Assembly (NCBI GenBank): GCA_030428165.1
Contig: JAUIBG010000001.1
Coordinates: 1-48,643, forward strand
Direction: 5' to 3'
Length of the DNA stretch: 48,643 nucleotides
Origin: Actinomycetes bacterium
Lineage (GTDB): Bacteria; Actinomycetota; Actinomycetes; Actinomycetales; Demequinaceae
In this document: positions 1-9,602 of the stretch, piece by piece
How positions within the stretch are numbered: position 1 is the first letter of the stretch
How the letters are laid out: the number at the start of each line of letters is the position of its first letter
Position numbers and translations under genes: made by a program
The notes under the pieces: generated by a model
The model's database searches: none
What the model was told of the DNA's origin: nothing
Seen by the model: the letters and a program-made list of their open reading frames with translations, nothing else

Positions 1-56
1 AGGGCTTCGGCGGTCACGAGGAGAAGCCCACGGGCGAGTAGCGCGCACGACGCCGC

Positions 57-926
57 TCAGAAGAGCGTCTCCCCCGCTCCCACCAGCGCCGATGCCGATG
101 CAGGCTTGGCCCGCATCTCACCGTCGACGTCGCGTGCGGTGACGCGGTTGACCGAGCGGTCGCTCCTGCCGTAATCGTCGTTGTCACGGGGCGTCAGGCC
201 CCGCTCGGCGATGAGGGGGCGCACCCGCGCCGCGAGCGACTGGCGGTACGACTTCGGTGCGTTCGACGAGTCGCCGTACAGCGCCCTGTACTTGGGTGTG
301 AGGTCCGGCCGGTAGGTGTTGAGCCAGCGGGCGTACCACTCCTTGATGCCGGGCCGCAGGTGCAGGGCGCCGTAGGTGACCGACGCAGCTCCGGCGTCCT
401 TGATGAGGTCGAGCGAGTGGGCGAGCTGCTCCCGCGAGTCGGTGAGGAACGGCAGCACCGGCATGAGGAAGACGCTGACCCGCAGGCCAGCCTCGCTCGC
501 GGCACGGACCGTGGCAAGCCTCGCGGCACCCGACGGCGTCCCCGGCTCAAGCGTGCGCTGCAGTTCGTCGTCCATGACCGCGATCGACATCGACAGGTGC
601 ACGGGCACATCCTCGGCGGCGCGGCTCAGCAGCTGCAGGTCTCGGCGCAGCATCGTCCCCTTGGTGAGGATCGAGAACGGGGTGCCGGAGTCCGCGAGCG
701 CTTCGATGATCCCCGGCATGAGCGCGTAGCGGCCCTCGGCCCGCTGGTACGGGTCCGTGTTGGTGCCCATCGCGACCGGCTCACGCTTCCAGGATCTCTT
801 GGCCAGCTCCCCGCGCAGCACCTCAGCGATGTTGACCTTGACGACCACCTGGCTGTCGAAGTCGGCTCCCCCGTCGAGACCCAGGTACTCGTGCGAGCTG
901 CGTGCGAAACAGTAGACGCAAGCGTG
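57..926 (-). pseudogene. Rv2578c-family (SplB-like) radical SAM protein, 3' part (interrupted gene)
   Basis: Reads HACVYCFARSSHEYL...GTNTDPYQRAEGRY...ILTK...LEPGTP...VFLMPVLP; carries only the last two Cys of CxxxCxxC; open to stop at 57. Confidence 0.9.
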
Positions 927-1453
927 ATGACCTTTGTCATCCAACGATTCAGCCACGAAGTCTCAAGACGTTGCTTGACCCGCACTGTTGCGTGAAACAC
1001 TTTCGAGCATGGCCAGAGCGAGTGCCCGCGGAATCGACACACGCGCGCTAGGTGCACTCTGTCTGGCGTCGCTCGTGGCGCTCGTCGGTTGCGAAGCCTT
1101 GTCGCCTGGTCCAATGGTGCGCAATGACTGTGAGACGCCGATTTGGGCAGTGAACGCGGGTGGGCCCGCCGAGGAGCGAGCAGACCCCTCTGGGCAGGGC
1201 CGGTCGGCGGTCACCATCAACGTCGGCGAGACCGTCCAGGTGAGCGGTGAAGCGACGGCAACTACTGACTTGTACTTGTGGGTCAAGTCAGAAGGCAGCG
1301 AGTGGAAGACTGCGACGACTGTACTCAGGTCTCAGTCCGACAACGCCGAACTCGTCACCGTATCTGGCGATATGTGCCCAGTTCAGGGCGACGCGGAATC
1401 CGCGACCCCTGCGCCCTAACGAGCGTTTACACATAGTGGCACGCGCACGCGTG
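927..1453. mobile_element. 527-bp insertion splitting the radical SAM gene
   Basis: Bounded by CGCAAGCGTG (917-926) and CGCACGCGTG (1444-1453); removal gives in-frame YRGCSHACVYCFAR; no recombinase inside. Confidence 0.8.
1009..1419 (+). CDS. Putative lipoprotein (136 aa), cargo of the insertion
   Basis: Basic N-terminus, hydrophobic stretch, lipobox-like LVGC; two further Cys; TTGACC at 975-980 upstream; alternative start 988. Confidence 0.65.
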   Translation: MARASARGIDTRALGALCLASLVALVGCEALSPGPMVRNDCETPIWAVNAGGPAEERADPSGQGRSAVTINVGETVQVSGEATATTDLYLWVKSEGSEWKTATTVLRSQSDNAELVTVSGDMCPVQGDAESATPAP

Positions 1454-1657
1454 CGAGCAGCCCCGGTACGGGTTCACCGTCCACGAGAACGGCATCGACG
1501 ACGCCTGCGGCACGCGGTTGAGCGCGCTCTTGGCGTGCACCTCGTGGAAGGTGAGCCCTGCGAACTCGGGCGTCGTGACCGAGCGGACCACGTTGCTCAG
1601 CGCGAGCAGGCCCGGCTGGGCGTCGATCGCCTCCGTGGTCTGACCCTCCCAGCGCAT
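1454..1657 (-). pseudogene. Rv2578c-family radical SAM protein, 5' part
   Basis: MRWEGQ...VRSVTTPEFAGLTFHEVHAKSALNRVP...WTVNPYRGCS; reads into the insert and stops at 1427. Confidence 0.9.
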
Positions 1658-1665
1658 GCGCTTAT

Positions 1666-1681
1666 TCGAACACGTGTTCGA
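1666..1681. promoter_or_regulatory. LexA (SOS) box overlapping the promoter of the radical SAM gene
   Basis: Perfect TCGAAC-ACGT-GTTCGA; on minus strand TTGACC(1692-1687)-N17-TCGAAT-N6-ATG suggests a leaderless transcript. Confidence 0.9.
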
Positions 1682-1688
1682 TTCGAGG

Positions 1689-2204
1689 TCAAGGGCGCCG
1701 CGCCGCGTCCCTCATCTCGATGTCCCTCATCTCCACCACCGCGATGGTTGCGCCAAGCCGGCTGACACGCTCACCGCGCCCGACGATCTTCATGCCGCAC
1801 CTCTCGTACAGCGCGATGTTGCCCTCCTCGTCGGCGCGCACCAGGCACGAGAGCCCGTCCAAGCCAGCGGCCAGCGCGTGCTCCCGCAGCGCCTCCACGA
1901 GCATCCGCGCGACGCCCGTGCCCCTGGCCTCCGGCACGACGCCAAGCCTGCCGAAGTACAGGGTCCCGTCGTCGGCCGCGTGATGCTTCGCGAAGGCCAC
2001 CGGCACCGCGCCACGACGGACCAGCGCAACCGACGTCCCGCCGCGCATCTCCTCCGCGAGCGTCTCGGCGGTCTCGACCATGGCACCCGAGGGAGTTTCC
2101 GTCAGGGCGTACTCCGCGAAGGATCGGTGCAGCACCTCGACCGCTCCGGGCAGCGCCGCCTCGTCGACGCTGAGGTCGATAGTCAGGTCGGACGCCGGCT
2201 CCAC
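1689..2204 (-). CDS. GNAT N-acetyltransferase
   Basis: LGVVPEARGTGVA acetyl-CoA motif A; NIALYERCG. Confidence 0.85.
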   Translation of the reverse strand: MEPASDLTIDLSVDEAALPGAVEVLHRSFAEYALTETPSGAMVETAETLAEEMRGGTSVALVRRGAVPVAFAKHHAADDGTLYFGRLGVVPEARGTGVARMLVEALREHALAAGLDGLSCLVRADEEGNIALYERCGMKIVGRGERVSRLGATIAVVEMRDIEMRDAARRP

Positions 2205-2287
2205 GAGCGCTCACCCTAGCCGCAGACCGCTCGCCACTAGGCCTCTGGGCCGATGCGCACACCTACCTGCAGGAGTAGACAGGAGTC

Positions 2288-5071
2288 ATGGCCCGCCTCG
2301 CACTGCCCATGGACCCCTCGGTCGCCGGGATCGAGGAGGTGGCAGGCGCATCCGGAACCGACCTCGCGGCGGGCCTGAGCAGCGCCGAGGCCGCCCGCCG
2401 ACTCGACGAGGACGGTCCCAACACGCTCGCCGAGACCCGACGGGAGTCTGAGCTGCGCCGCTTCCTGCGGCAATTCGCGGACCCCCTCGTCTACCTCCTG
2501 CTCGCGGCGCTCGCCATCGCGATCGTCGCGTGGTGGGCGGAGGGCGCCGACGAGTTCCCCTACGACGCCGTCGTGATCGCGGTCGTCGTGCTGGCCAACG
2601 CGATCATCGGCTACGTCCAGGAGCGTCGCTCGGCCGATGCGGTGGCCGCACTGAAGCGCATGGCAGCCTCGCAGGCCACGGTCCTGCGCGACGGCACCGT
2701 CGCGAAGGTCCCGGCGCCCGACATCGTCGTGGGCGACGTGGTGCTGCTCGCCGAGGGCGACGCGGTCGTGGCCGATGCGAGGGTCGTCGAGGCTGGATTC
2801 GAGGTCGCCGAGGCGGCACTCACCGGCGAGAGCGCGCCCGTCGCGAAGTCGGCAGCGCCGCTGTACGACGAGACCGCGATCGGCGACCGCAACTCGATGG
2901 TGTTCTCCGGCACCGCCGTCACCAAGGGCACCGGCACCGCCGTCGTCACCGGCACCGGCATGGACACCGAGACGGGCCGCATCGCCGAGCTGCTCGAGAC
3001 CACCGAGGACGACGAGACGCCGCTGCAGCGCGAGATCGGCTCGATCGGCCGCACGCTCGGCTTCGCGGTCATCGTGATCGCGGCGGTCATCGTCGCGGTG
3101 GTGCTGCTCACCAGCGGCATCGGCTCGCTGGCGCACGTGGCCGAGGTGCTGCTGCTGGGTGTGGCGATCGCCGTCGCCGCCGTCCCCGAGGGACTACCGG
3201 CGATCATGTCGCTCGTGCTGGCACTGGGCGTCCAGCGCATGGCGACGCGCAACGCGATCGTCAAGGACCTGTCGTCGGTGGAGACGCTGGGCTCGGCATC
3301 GGTCATCTGCTCGGACAAGACTGGGACGCTCACACAGAACTCGATGACGATCACCCGCGTGTGCACGGCGTCGGGCGAGATCGACCCGCGCGCGCGGGAC
3401 CCGCTCGATACCGACGACGCGGTGGTGGCGGAGGCGACCCTCGTCATCGGAGGCGGAGCACTGGCGAACGACGCCCACCTCGTCGACGTCGAAGGCCAGA
3501 TCCGCACCGAGGGCGACCCCACCGAGACGGCCTTCCTGGTCGCCGAGCACCGCATCGGCCTCAGGACCGACCGGACACAGCGCTACACGCGCGTCGACAC
3601 GGTGCCGTTCGACTCGTCGCGCAAGCGGATGTCCGTGCTCGCGCGCGACGAGCACGCGGGCGGCCACGTGCTGGTGTCCAAGGGCGCGCCGGACGTGCTG
3701 CTCGAGCGCTGCACCAGGGTCCAGGTGGGCGCCGAGGCGGTGCCGATGGACGACGAGCACCGCCGCGGGATCCTCGCGGACGTCGAGCAGATGTCGGCCG
3801 AGGGCATGCGCACGCTCGCCGTCGCCTTCCGCCAGGCGCACGAGACGGAGGCCGATGATGGCGTCGACTCGGACTCGGAGCACTCGTTCGTGTTCGGCGG
3901 GGTCGTCGGGATCGTGGACCCGCCGCGCCGGGAGGCTGCCGATGCCGTGGCGCAGGCGCAGTCGGCCGGCGTGCGGGTGGTGATGATCACCGGCGACCAT
4001 CCGCTCACGGCGACGTCGATCGCGACGGCGCTCGGCATCGTCGGCGAGGGCGCGAAGCCGCTGACCGGCACCGAGATCGCGGCGATGGACGACGAGGAGC
4101 TGCGGGCGGTCGTGCCGGACGTGTCCGTCTACGCGCGCGTCGCGCCCGAGGACAAGCTGCGCATCGTCGACGCGCTCCAGTCCTACGGCGACACGGTCGC
4201 GATGACCGGCGACGGCGTGAACGACGCCCCCGCGCTGCGCTCGGCGGACATCGGCGTCGCGATGGGCAGGACCGGAACTGAGGTGGCACGCGAGGCCGCC
4301 AACATGATCCTCACCGACGACAACTTCGCGACCATCGTGGCGGCGGTGCGCGAGGGCCGCGGGATCGTCGACAACATCAAGCGCTTCCTGCGCTACCTGC
4401 TGGCGACCAACTTCGGCGAGGTGCTCTCAGTCTTCTTCGCCGTGGTGCTGAGCGCCTACTTGGGGCTGGTGGTCGACGGCGTCTTCGTCGCTCCCCTGCT
4501 CGCCGTGCAGATCCTCTGGATCAACCTGCTCACCGACCTCGCACCTGCGCTGGCGATGGGGGTCGAGCCATTCGCCGACGACCTGATGAAGCGCAGGCCG
4601 CGCAAGCCCACGGAACGATTGATCGACCGGCGCATGTGGGGCGGGATCGCGATGGTCGGCGTGGTGATGGCTGCCGCGACGCTGCTGGCGTTCGACGCCA
4701 TGCTGCCCGGCGGAATGGTCGAGGGCACCAGCGACGTCGACACCGCGCGCACCGTCGCGTTCACCACGCTCGTGCTCGCCAACGTGCTGAACGCCTTCAA
4801 CGCACGGTCCGAGACGCAGAGCCAGTTCCACCGGCTGTTCCACAACCCGTGGCTGTGGGGCGCGGTCGCACTGTCCATCGGACTGCAGGTCGCGGTCGTC
4901 AACCTCCCGCTGCTCCAGGATGCCTTCGGCACGGTCGCGCTGACCTGGAACGAGTGGGCGATCGCGGCGACCCTGGCGCTGTCCGTCCCCCTCGCTGGCG
5001 AGATCCGCAGCGGAGTGCTGAGACTTATCGACGCACGTCGCGAACGGGCTGGGCAGCGTCCCGCGACGTAA
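2288..5071 (+). CDS. Cation-translocating P-type ATPase (P2A, Ca2+-type)
   Basis: TGES, PEGLP, DKTGTLT, KGAP, MITGD, TGDGVND, QILWINL motifs; multiple TM helices. Confidence 0.93.
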   Translation: MARLALPMDPSVAGIEEVAGASGTDLAAGLSSAEAARRLDEDGPNTLAETRRESELRRFLRQFADPLVYLLLAALAIAIVAWWAEGADEFPYDAVVIAVVVLANAIIGYVQERRSADAVAALKRMAASQATVLRDGTVAKVPAPDIVVGDVVLLAEGDAVVADARVVEAGFEVAEAALTGESAPVAKSAAPLYDETAIGDRNSMVFSGTAVTKGTGTAVVTGTGMDTETGRIAELLETTEDDETPLQREIGSIGRTLGFAVIVIAAVIVAVVLLTSGIGSLAHVAEVLLLGVAIAVAAVPEGLPAIMSLVLALGVQRMATRNAIVKDLSSVETLGSASVICSDKTGTLTQNSMTITRVCTASGEIDPRARDPLDTDDAVVAEATLVIGGGALANDAHLVDVEGQIRTEGDPTETAFLVAEHRIGLRTDRTQRYTRVDTVPFDSSRKRMSVLARDEHAGGHVLVSKGAPDVLLERCTRVQVGAEAVPMDDEHRRGILADVEQMSAEGMRTLAVAFRQAHETEADDGVDSDSEHSFVFGGVVGIVDPPRREAADAVAQAQSAGVRVVMITGDHPLTATSIATALGIVGEGAKPLTGTEIAAMDDEELRAVVPDVSVYARVAPEDKLRIVDALQSYGDTVAMTGDGVNDAPALRSADIGVAMGRTGTEVAREAANMILTDDNFATIVAAVREGRGIVDNIKRFLRYLLATNFGEVLSVFFAVVLSAYLGLVVDGVFVAPLLAVQILWINLLTDLAPALAMGVEPFADDLMKRRPRKPTERLIDRRMWGGIAMVGVVMAAATLLAFDAMLPGGMVEGTSDVDTARTVAFTTLVLANVLNAFNARSETQSQFHRLFHNPWLWGAVALSIGLQVAVVNLPLLQDAFGTVALTWNEWAIAATLALSVPLAGEIRSGVLRLIDARRERAGQRPAT

Positions 5072-5156
5072 GTCCCGCGCCTCGAAGGTGATGCGGACCC
5101 ATGATGTTGGCAAAGCACACACCAAGCATTGGGAACCGCTGAGCAAGGGAGCCGCC

Positions 5157-7049
5157 ATGGCCTTCGAGAACCTGACCCTGCCCGACGATCTGCGCGCCTG
5201 CCTGGACGCATGCGAGTCGATCACGGTGCCCGCCACGCGCGAGGAGCTCCACCAGCTCTCGCTCGGACCCGAGGGCGGGCCCATCTTCTCCGTCGACTAC
5301 GACGTGGACGGCGAGGTCGTCACCGAGGCCACGGTCACGCGCTGCAAGAACGGCATCGCGGTGAACTACCCCGAGGACTACATGCGCAGGCGCGACCCCA
5401 AGTGCATGCACATCGCGGACGACCTGCCGACGGACAAGACCAGGTTCGAGACCACGATGGGCGCGCCGTTCGCGCAGACCCGTCAGGAGACTCTCGACTG
5501 GCTGGCGTCGCAGGAGCTCGTCGTCGTTCCGTTCAAGGCCGGCGGCCTCACCTACGGCTCGCCGTCGCTGGCGATCATGCCGCTGAACTGCGCGTTCTTC
5601 GCGCTAGCCCTGGTCGACCTGCAGGGCTGGACCACGTTCGAGGAGCTGGGCGACTTCTCGCCCCGCTCGATCCTCTACGTCGCTCCCCCGTTCCGTCAGA
5701 CCCACTTCGACGGCAAGCAGATGGTGGTGCACGACCGCACCGAGACGCTGCACGAGATCTTCGCCTACAACCTCTACCCGGGCCCCAGCGCCAAGAAGGG
5801 CGTGTTCTCGGTGCTGCTGGACATCGGCGAGCACGAGGGCTGGATCACCGCCCACGCCTCGTCGGTGCGCGTCACCACGCCGTACGACAACACCACCGTC
5901 GTCATGCACGAGGGCGCCTCAGGCGGCGGCAAGTCGGAGATGTGCCAGGAGATCCGGCGCGAGGACGACGGCCGCATCCTGCTGGGCTACAACGTCTACC
6001 ACGACGAGCCTTACCACATCACGCTCAACGAGACGTCGGAGCTCGAGCCGGTCACGGACGACATGACGCTGTGCCACCCCGCGGTCCAGAACGGCTCCGG
6101 CCGCATGGTCGTGGCCGATGCTGAGGACGGCTGGTTCGTCCGCGTCGACAACATGAAGACCTACGGCGAGGACCCCAACTTCGAGCGCTCGGTGATCCAC
6201 CCCGACCGCCCTCTGGTGTTCTTCTCGATCGACGGCGTACCGGACGCGACCGTGCTCCCCTGGGAGCACACGCTCGACAGCAACGGCAAGCCGTGCCCCA
6301 ACCCGCGCGTGGTCATCTCGCGCCAGCTCATCAAGAACATCGTGAACCAGCCGGAGGAGGTCGACGTCCGCACGTTCGGCGTCCGCCAGCCGCTGTGCAC
6401 CAGGGACAACCCCAGCTACGGAATCATGGGCATGACCCAGTTCGTGCCGCCGGCGGTGGCCTGGCTGTGGCGCCTGATCGCCCCGCGCGGCGACAAGAAC
6501 CCCTCGATCGGCGAGTCCAAGCAGGAGGCCTCGACCGTGGCCCACGGCGGCCTCGTGTCCGAGGGCGTCGGCTCGTACTGGCCCTTCTCGACCGGCACCA
6601 AGGTGGCGGCCGCGAACCTGCTGCTGAACCAGCTGGTGACCTACAACAAGACCAGGTACGTGCTCACACCCAACCAGCACATCGGCGCCTACAAGGTGGG
6701 CTTCTCCTCGGAGTGGCTCACCCGCGAGTGGCTGGCGCGCCGTGGCGGCGGCCGCATGCGCGCCGACCAGATCGAGCCCGCGCGCTGCGCTCTCATGGGC
6801 TACGTGCCCAAGGAGATCTCGCTGGACGGCCAGCCGGTGCGCCGCACGCTGCTGCGCCCCGAGATGCAGTCGGGCATGGGCGTCGAGACCTACGACGCCG
6901 GTTGCAAGATCCTCACCGACTTCTTCAAGGCCGAGCTGCAGCAGTACCTCACCGATGACCTCGACCCGATGGGCCGGCAGATCATCGAGGTGCTGATGGC
7001 GGACGGCTCGATCGAGGACTACGAGGCGATTACCCCGCTGTACCTCTAG
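5157..7049 (+). CDS. DUF4914-type protein with PEP-carboxykinase-like motifs
   Basis: YPGPSAKKGVF, AHASS, HEGASGGGKS, VTDD; RBS AAGGGAG before ATG 5157. Confidence 0.75.
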   Translation: MAFENLTLPDDLRACLDACESITVPATREELHQLSLGPEGGPIFSVDYDVDGEVVTEATVTRCKNGIAVNYPEDYMRRRDPKCMHIADDLPTDKTRFETTMGAPFAQTRQETLDWLASQELVVVPFKAGGLTYGSPSLAIMPLNCAFFALALVDLQGWTTFEELGDFSPRSILYVAPPFRQTHFDGKQMVVHDRTETLHEIFAYNLYPGPSAKKGVFSVLLDIGEHEGWITAHASSVRVTTPYDNTTVVMHEGASGGGKSEMCQEIRREDDGRILLGYNVYHDEPYHITLNETSELEPVTDDMTLCHPAVQNGSGRMVVADAEDGWFVRVDNMKTYGEDPNFERSVIHPDRPLVFFSIDGVPDATVLPWEHTLDSNGKPCPNPRVVISRQLIKNIVNQPEEVDVRTFGVRQPLCTRDNPSYGIMGMTQFVPPAVAWLWRLIAPRGDKNPSIGESKQEASTVAHGGLVSEGVGSYWPFSTGTKVAAANLLLNQLVTYNKTRYVLTPNQHIGAYKVGFSSEWLTREWLARRGGGRMRADQIEPARCALMGYVPKEISLDGQPVRRTLLRPEMQSGMGVETYDAGCKILTDFFKAELQQYLTDDLDPMGRQIIEVLMADGSIEDYEAITPLYL

Positions 7050-7077
7050 CGACCGCGCCCTGCACGTGCGCGGTCGC
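7049..7077 (+). terminator. Hairpin after the DUF4914 gene
   Basis: GCGACCGCGC / GCGCGGTCGC 10-bp inverted repeat; no U-tract. Confidence 0.5.
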
Positions 7078-7094
7078 GGTGGAAGACTGCGACC

Positions 7095-8240
7095 ATGGCG
7101 GCGCTTGGCAGGGCACTGGGTCTGGCGGCTGGCGTCGCGGTCGCAGCGCTCGCCGCGGCTGCCGTCAACGCGGTGTGCCGACCTGTGCAGCTTCCGCAGC
7201 CACGAGGCCCCCATCGAGTCGGCACGGTGGCGCGCCATTGGATCGACGACGCGCGCGCCGACATCTTCAGCTCCGATCGCGCCGCCCGGCGAGAACTCGA
7301 TGCCCAGGTCTGGTTCCCTACGACGGCGAACAGCGGCACGACGACCACCTACCTCCCTGACGCCGAGCTCGTGTTCGCTTCGCTTCTCGAAGCACTGAGG
7401 ACAGTCACGGGTGGCAGGCTCCGGCCACCTCGGATGCTGTTCCGCAAGCTCGCCGTCACGCCGACGCACGCGCTCGTCGATGGCCCGCCCGCGCCGTGCG
7501 TGCACGGGGCTCCCGTCATCGTCGCGCTCTCAGGGTTCGGCGGCTTTCGGCAGGCCAACACCGTACTGATCGAGGAACTGGCCTCACGTGGGTACGTCGT
7601 CGTTGGCATCGACCAGCCCCACGTGTCCGCACGAACGAGGATGGCCGACGGCAGCACCGTCACGATGCGGCGCCGCGGCCATCTGTACGACGACGCGCCT
7701 CGCGAAGAGGCCATCACGCATCTTGCCGACGACGTCAGCCTGGCACTCGACCGCATGGGCGCCGATGCGGAGTTCGCCGGCGTAGGTTTAAGCGACGCCG
7801 GCGTGCTCGGGATCTCGCTGGGCGGGACGGTTGCCGCGCTCGCCGCAACGAGGGACGCACGTGTTCGCGCCTGCCTGATGATGGACGCGGAGATGCTCTC
7901 TGTCGTCCAGCACAATGGCCTGCCGTGCCACGCACTGTGGCTCACGCGTCCAGTCGAGGACATGCGACGAGAGCGTCGACGCACAGGCGGCTGGCCGGAA
8001 GACGTCATCCGCGCTGTGCGCGAGTCTGTCTCCCGAGCCGCGTCGCACCAAGGACCGCAATCCAGCGAGGTCGTGGAGATTCGCGGGATGTCCCACCTCG
8101 ACTTCACCGACGTACCGCAGTGGTTCCCGTGGGCGCGATGGCTGGGACTCACGGGCCCGATTGGCGCGAGGCGAGGCGGCGAGACCATCGCGGGCCACGC
8201 GATTCGGTTCTTCGACCGGTCGTTGCGGACTCCGGCCTAG
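7095..8240 (+). CDS. Alpha/beta hydrolase (PAF-acetylhydrolase-like) with N-terminal membrane/signal segment
   Basis: GPHRVG, QVWFP, ELASRGYVVVGID, GISLGG nucleophile elbow, HLDFTD. Confidence 0.85.
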   Translation: MAALGRALGLAAGVAVAALAAAAVNAVCRPVQLPQPRGPHRVGTVARHWIDDARADIFSSDRAARRELDAQVWFPTTANSGTTTTYLPDAELVFASLLEALRTVTGGRLRPPRMLFRKLAVTPTHALVDGPPAPCVHGAPVIVALSGFGGFRQANTVLIEELASRGYVVVGIDQPHVSARTRMADGSTVTMRRRGHLYDDAPREEAITHLADDVSLALDRMGADAEFAGVGLSDAGVLGISLGGTVAALAATRDARVRACLMMDAEMLSVVQHNGLPCHALWLTRPVEDMRRERRRTGGWPEDVIRAVRESVSRAASHQGPQSSEVVEIRGMSHLDFTDVPQWFPWARWLGLTGPIGARRGGETIAGHAIRFFDRSLRTPA

Positions 8241-9448
8241 CCGTCTCCCTCCGCGCGCAACTCCATGCGCGGCTCAGCATCCTCGTGCGACTCGCGCGCT
8301 TGGCCGTGCTGGAACGCGCTCGCGCGCTCCTCGGCCTCGGCGCTGCCACTGAAGAGCCCTGAGTCACCCGCCGCCTCGGCCTTCGCCGCGCGCGTGCCGC
8401 GCTTGGGCACTCGGGCCGTCGCAGGCTCAGAGATGAGGACGCGCTGCGCCGGGACGGCGTCGGGCATGACGCTCTGGACGTAGAGCACCATCGCCTCGCG
8501 CACGAAGCAACGCAGGTCGTAGAGCGTGGGCGCGTCCTTCGCCGTGACCAGGATGCGGACGCGCACGTAGCCGCCCACCGCATCGGTCACCTGGAGGACG
8601 TTGGCGCGGCCGTCGTACAGCGGCGTCTCGGTGAGCACCTGCTCGAGGTGCTCGCGCATCCCCTGCGGCGAGACCCGCCAGTCGAGATCGAACTCGACGG
8701 AACCCAGCAGTTCCGATCCCTGCCGGGTCCAGTTCTGATACGGCGTGGTCGTGAAGTACGTGCACGGCAGCACCAGGCGGCGGTCGTCCCACAAGTCGAG
8801 GACCACGTAGGTGAGGGTGAGCTCACCCACGCGGCCCCACTCCCCCTCGGCGACGATGACGTCGTCGACGCGCAGGGCGTCGCTGAAGACCAGCTGCAGT
8901 CCCGCGAAGATGTTGCCGAGCACCGACTGCGCGGCGAGGCCGGCGACGATCGAGACGATGCCAGCGGAGGCCAGGATGCTCGCTCCCACCGCGCGCACCT
9001 GCTCGAACGTGAACAGGGCGGCGCCGATGGCGATGATGACGATCAGCGCGATGGTGATGCGACGCAGCATGATCGCCTGCGAGTGCAGCCGCCGGGCCAG
9101 ACGGTTGTCGGGCACGTCGATGCGGTTGTGCATCATCGTCATGTCGGTGACGAACTGCACCAGCGCGATGAGCAGCCACGCGAGGGCGCCGATCGCGATC
9201 AGCGTGAACGCCTGCGAGACGGCGGCGATCCAGTCGAAGTCCGACAGGCCGATGCGCGCGCCCACCCACAGGCCGATCACGAGGGTCAGCACCCAGAAGG
9301 GCCTGCGCGCGTGAGTCGCGAGATTGCGCGCCCACTCGTTCCGGCGTGCGATGTAGCGCGTGGCGGTCTCGACCGCGAGCGCGAACAGGAACGCTGCGCC
9401 CAGCGTGATCGCAATCGCCGTGCCCAGTGCGAGCCAGTCCTCGATCAT
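8237..9448 (-). CDS. Small-conductance mechanosensitive channel (MscS family)
   Basis: GLAAQSVLGNIFAGLQL, GEWGRVGELTLTY, WDDRRLVLP. Confidence 0.9.
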   Translation of the reverse strand: MIEDWLALGTAIAITLGAAFLFALAVETATRYIARRNEWARNLATHARRPFWVLTLVIGLWVGARIGLSDFDWIAAVSQAFTLIAIGALAWLLIALVQFVTDMTMMHNRIDVPDNRLARRLHSQAIMLRRITIALIVIIAIGAALFTFEQVRAVGASILASAGIVSIVAGLAAQSVLGNIFAGLQLVFSDALRVDDVIVAEGEWGRVGELTLTYVVLDLWDDRRLVLPCTYFTTTPYQNWTRQGSELLGSVEFDLDWRVSPQGMREHLEQVLTETPLYDGRANVLQVTDAVGGYVRVRILVTAKDAPTLYDLRCFVREAMVLYVQSVMPDAVPAQRVLISEPATARVPKRGTRAAKAEAAGDSGLFSGSAEAEERASAFQHGQARESHEDAEPRMELRAEGDG

Positions 9449-9602
9449 GGTCCTCCCTCGTGAGTCTGTGCCGACTCACGACGGTACGGAAGGCGTGTTT
9501 CATCCGAGTAACCGAGGCCGATGCGGGCGCTCCCAGGCACGTGTCGCGGGATTGATAGCGTGGATGCGGAGGCCGAGGACGGCCTCGCGGCGAGGAGGCA
9601 CC

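Noticed and set aside
927-956. ORF-track start giving a standalone 299-aa radical SAM protein
   Set aside because: The start lies in the insert and the product would lack the first Cys of CxxxCxxC.
927-1453. Intein or self-splicing intron in the radical SAM gene
   Set aside because: The host frame stops at 1427 and 527 is not a multiple of 3; no Cys...His-Asn intein ends and no recognisable group I/II intron termini. RNA-level removal is not formally excluded.
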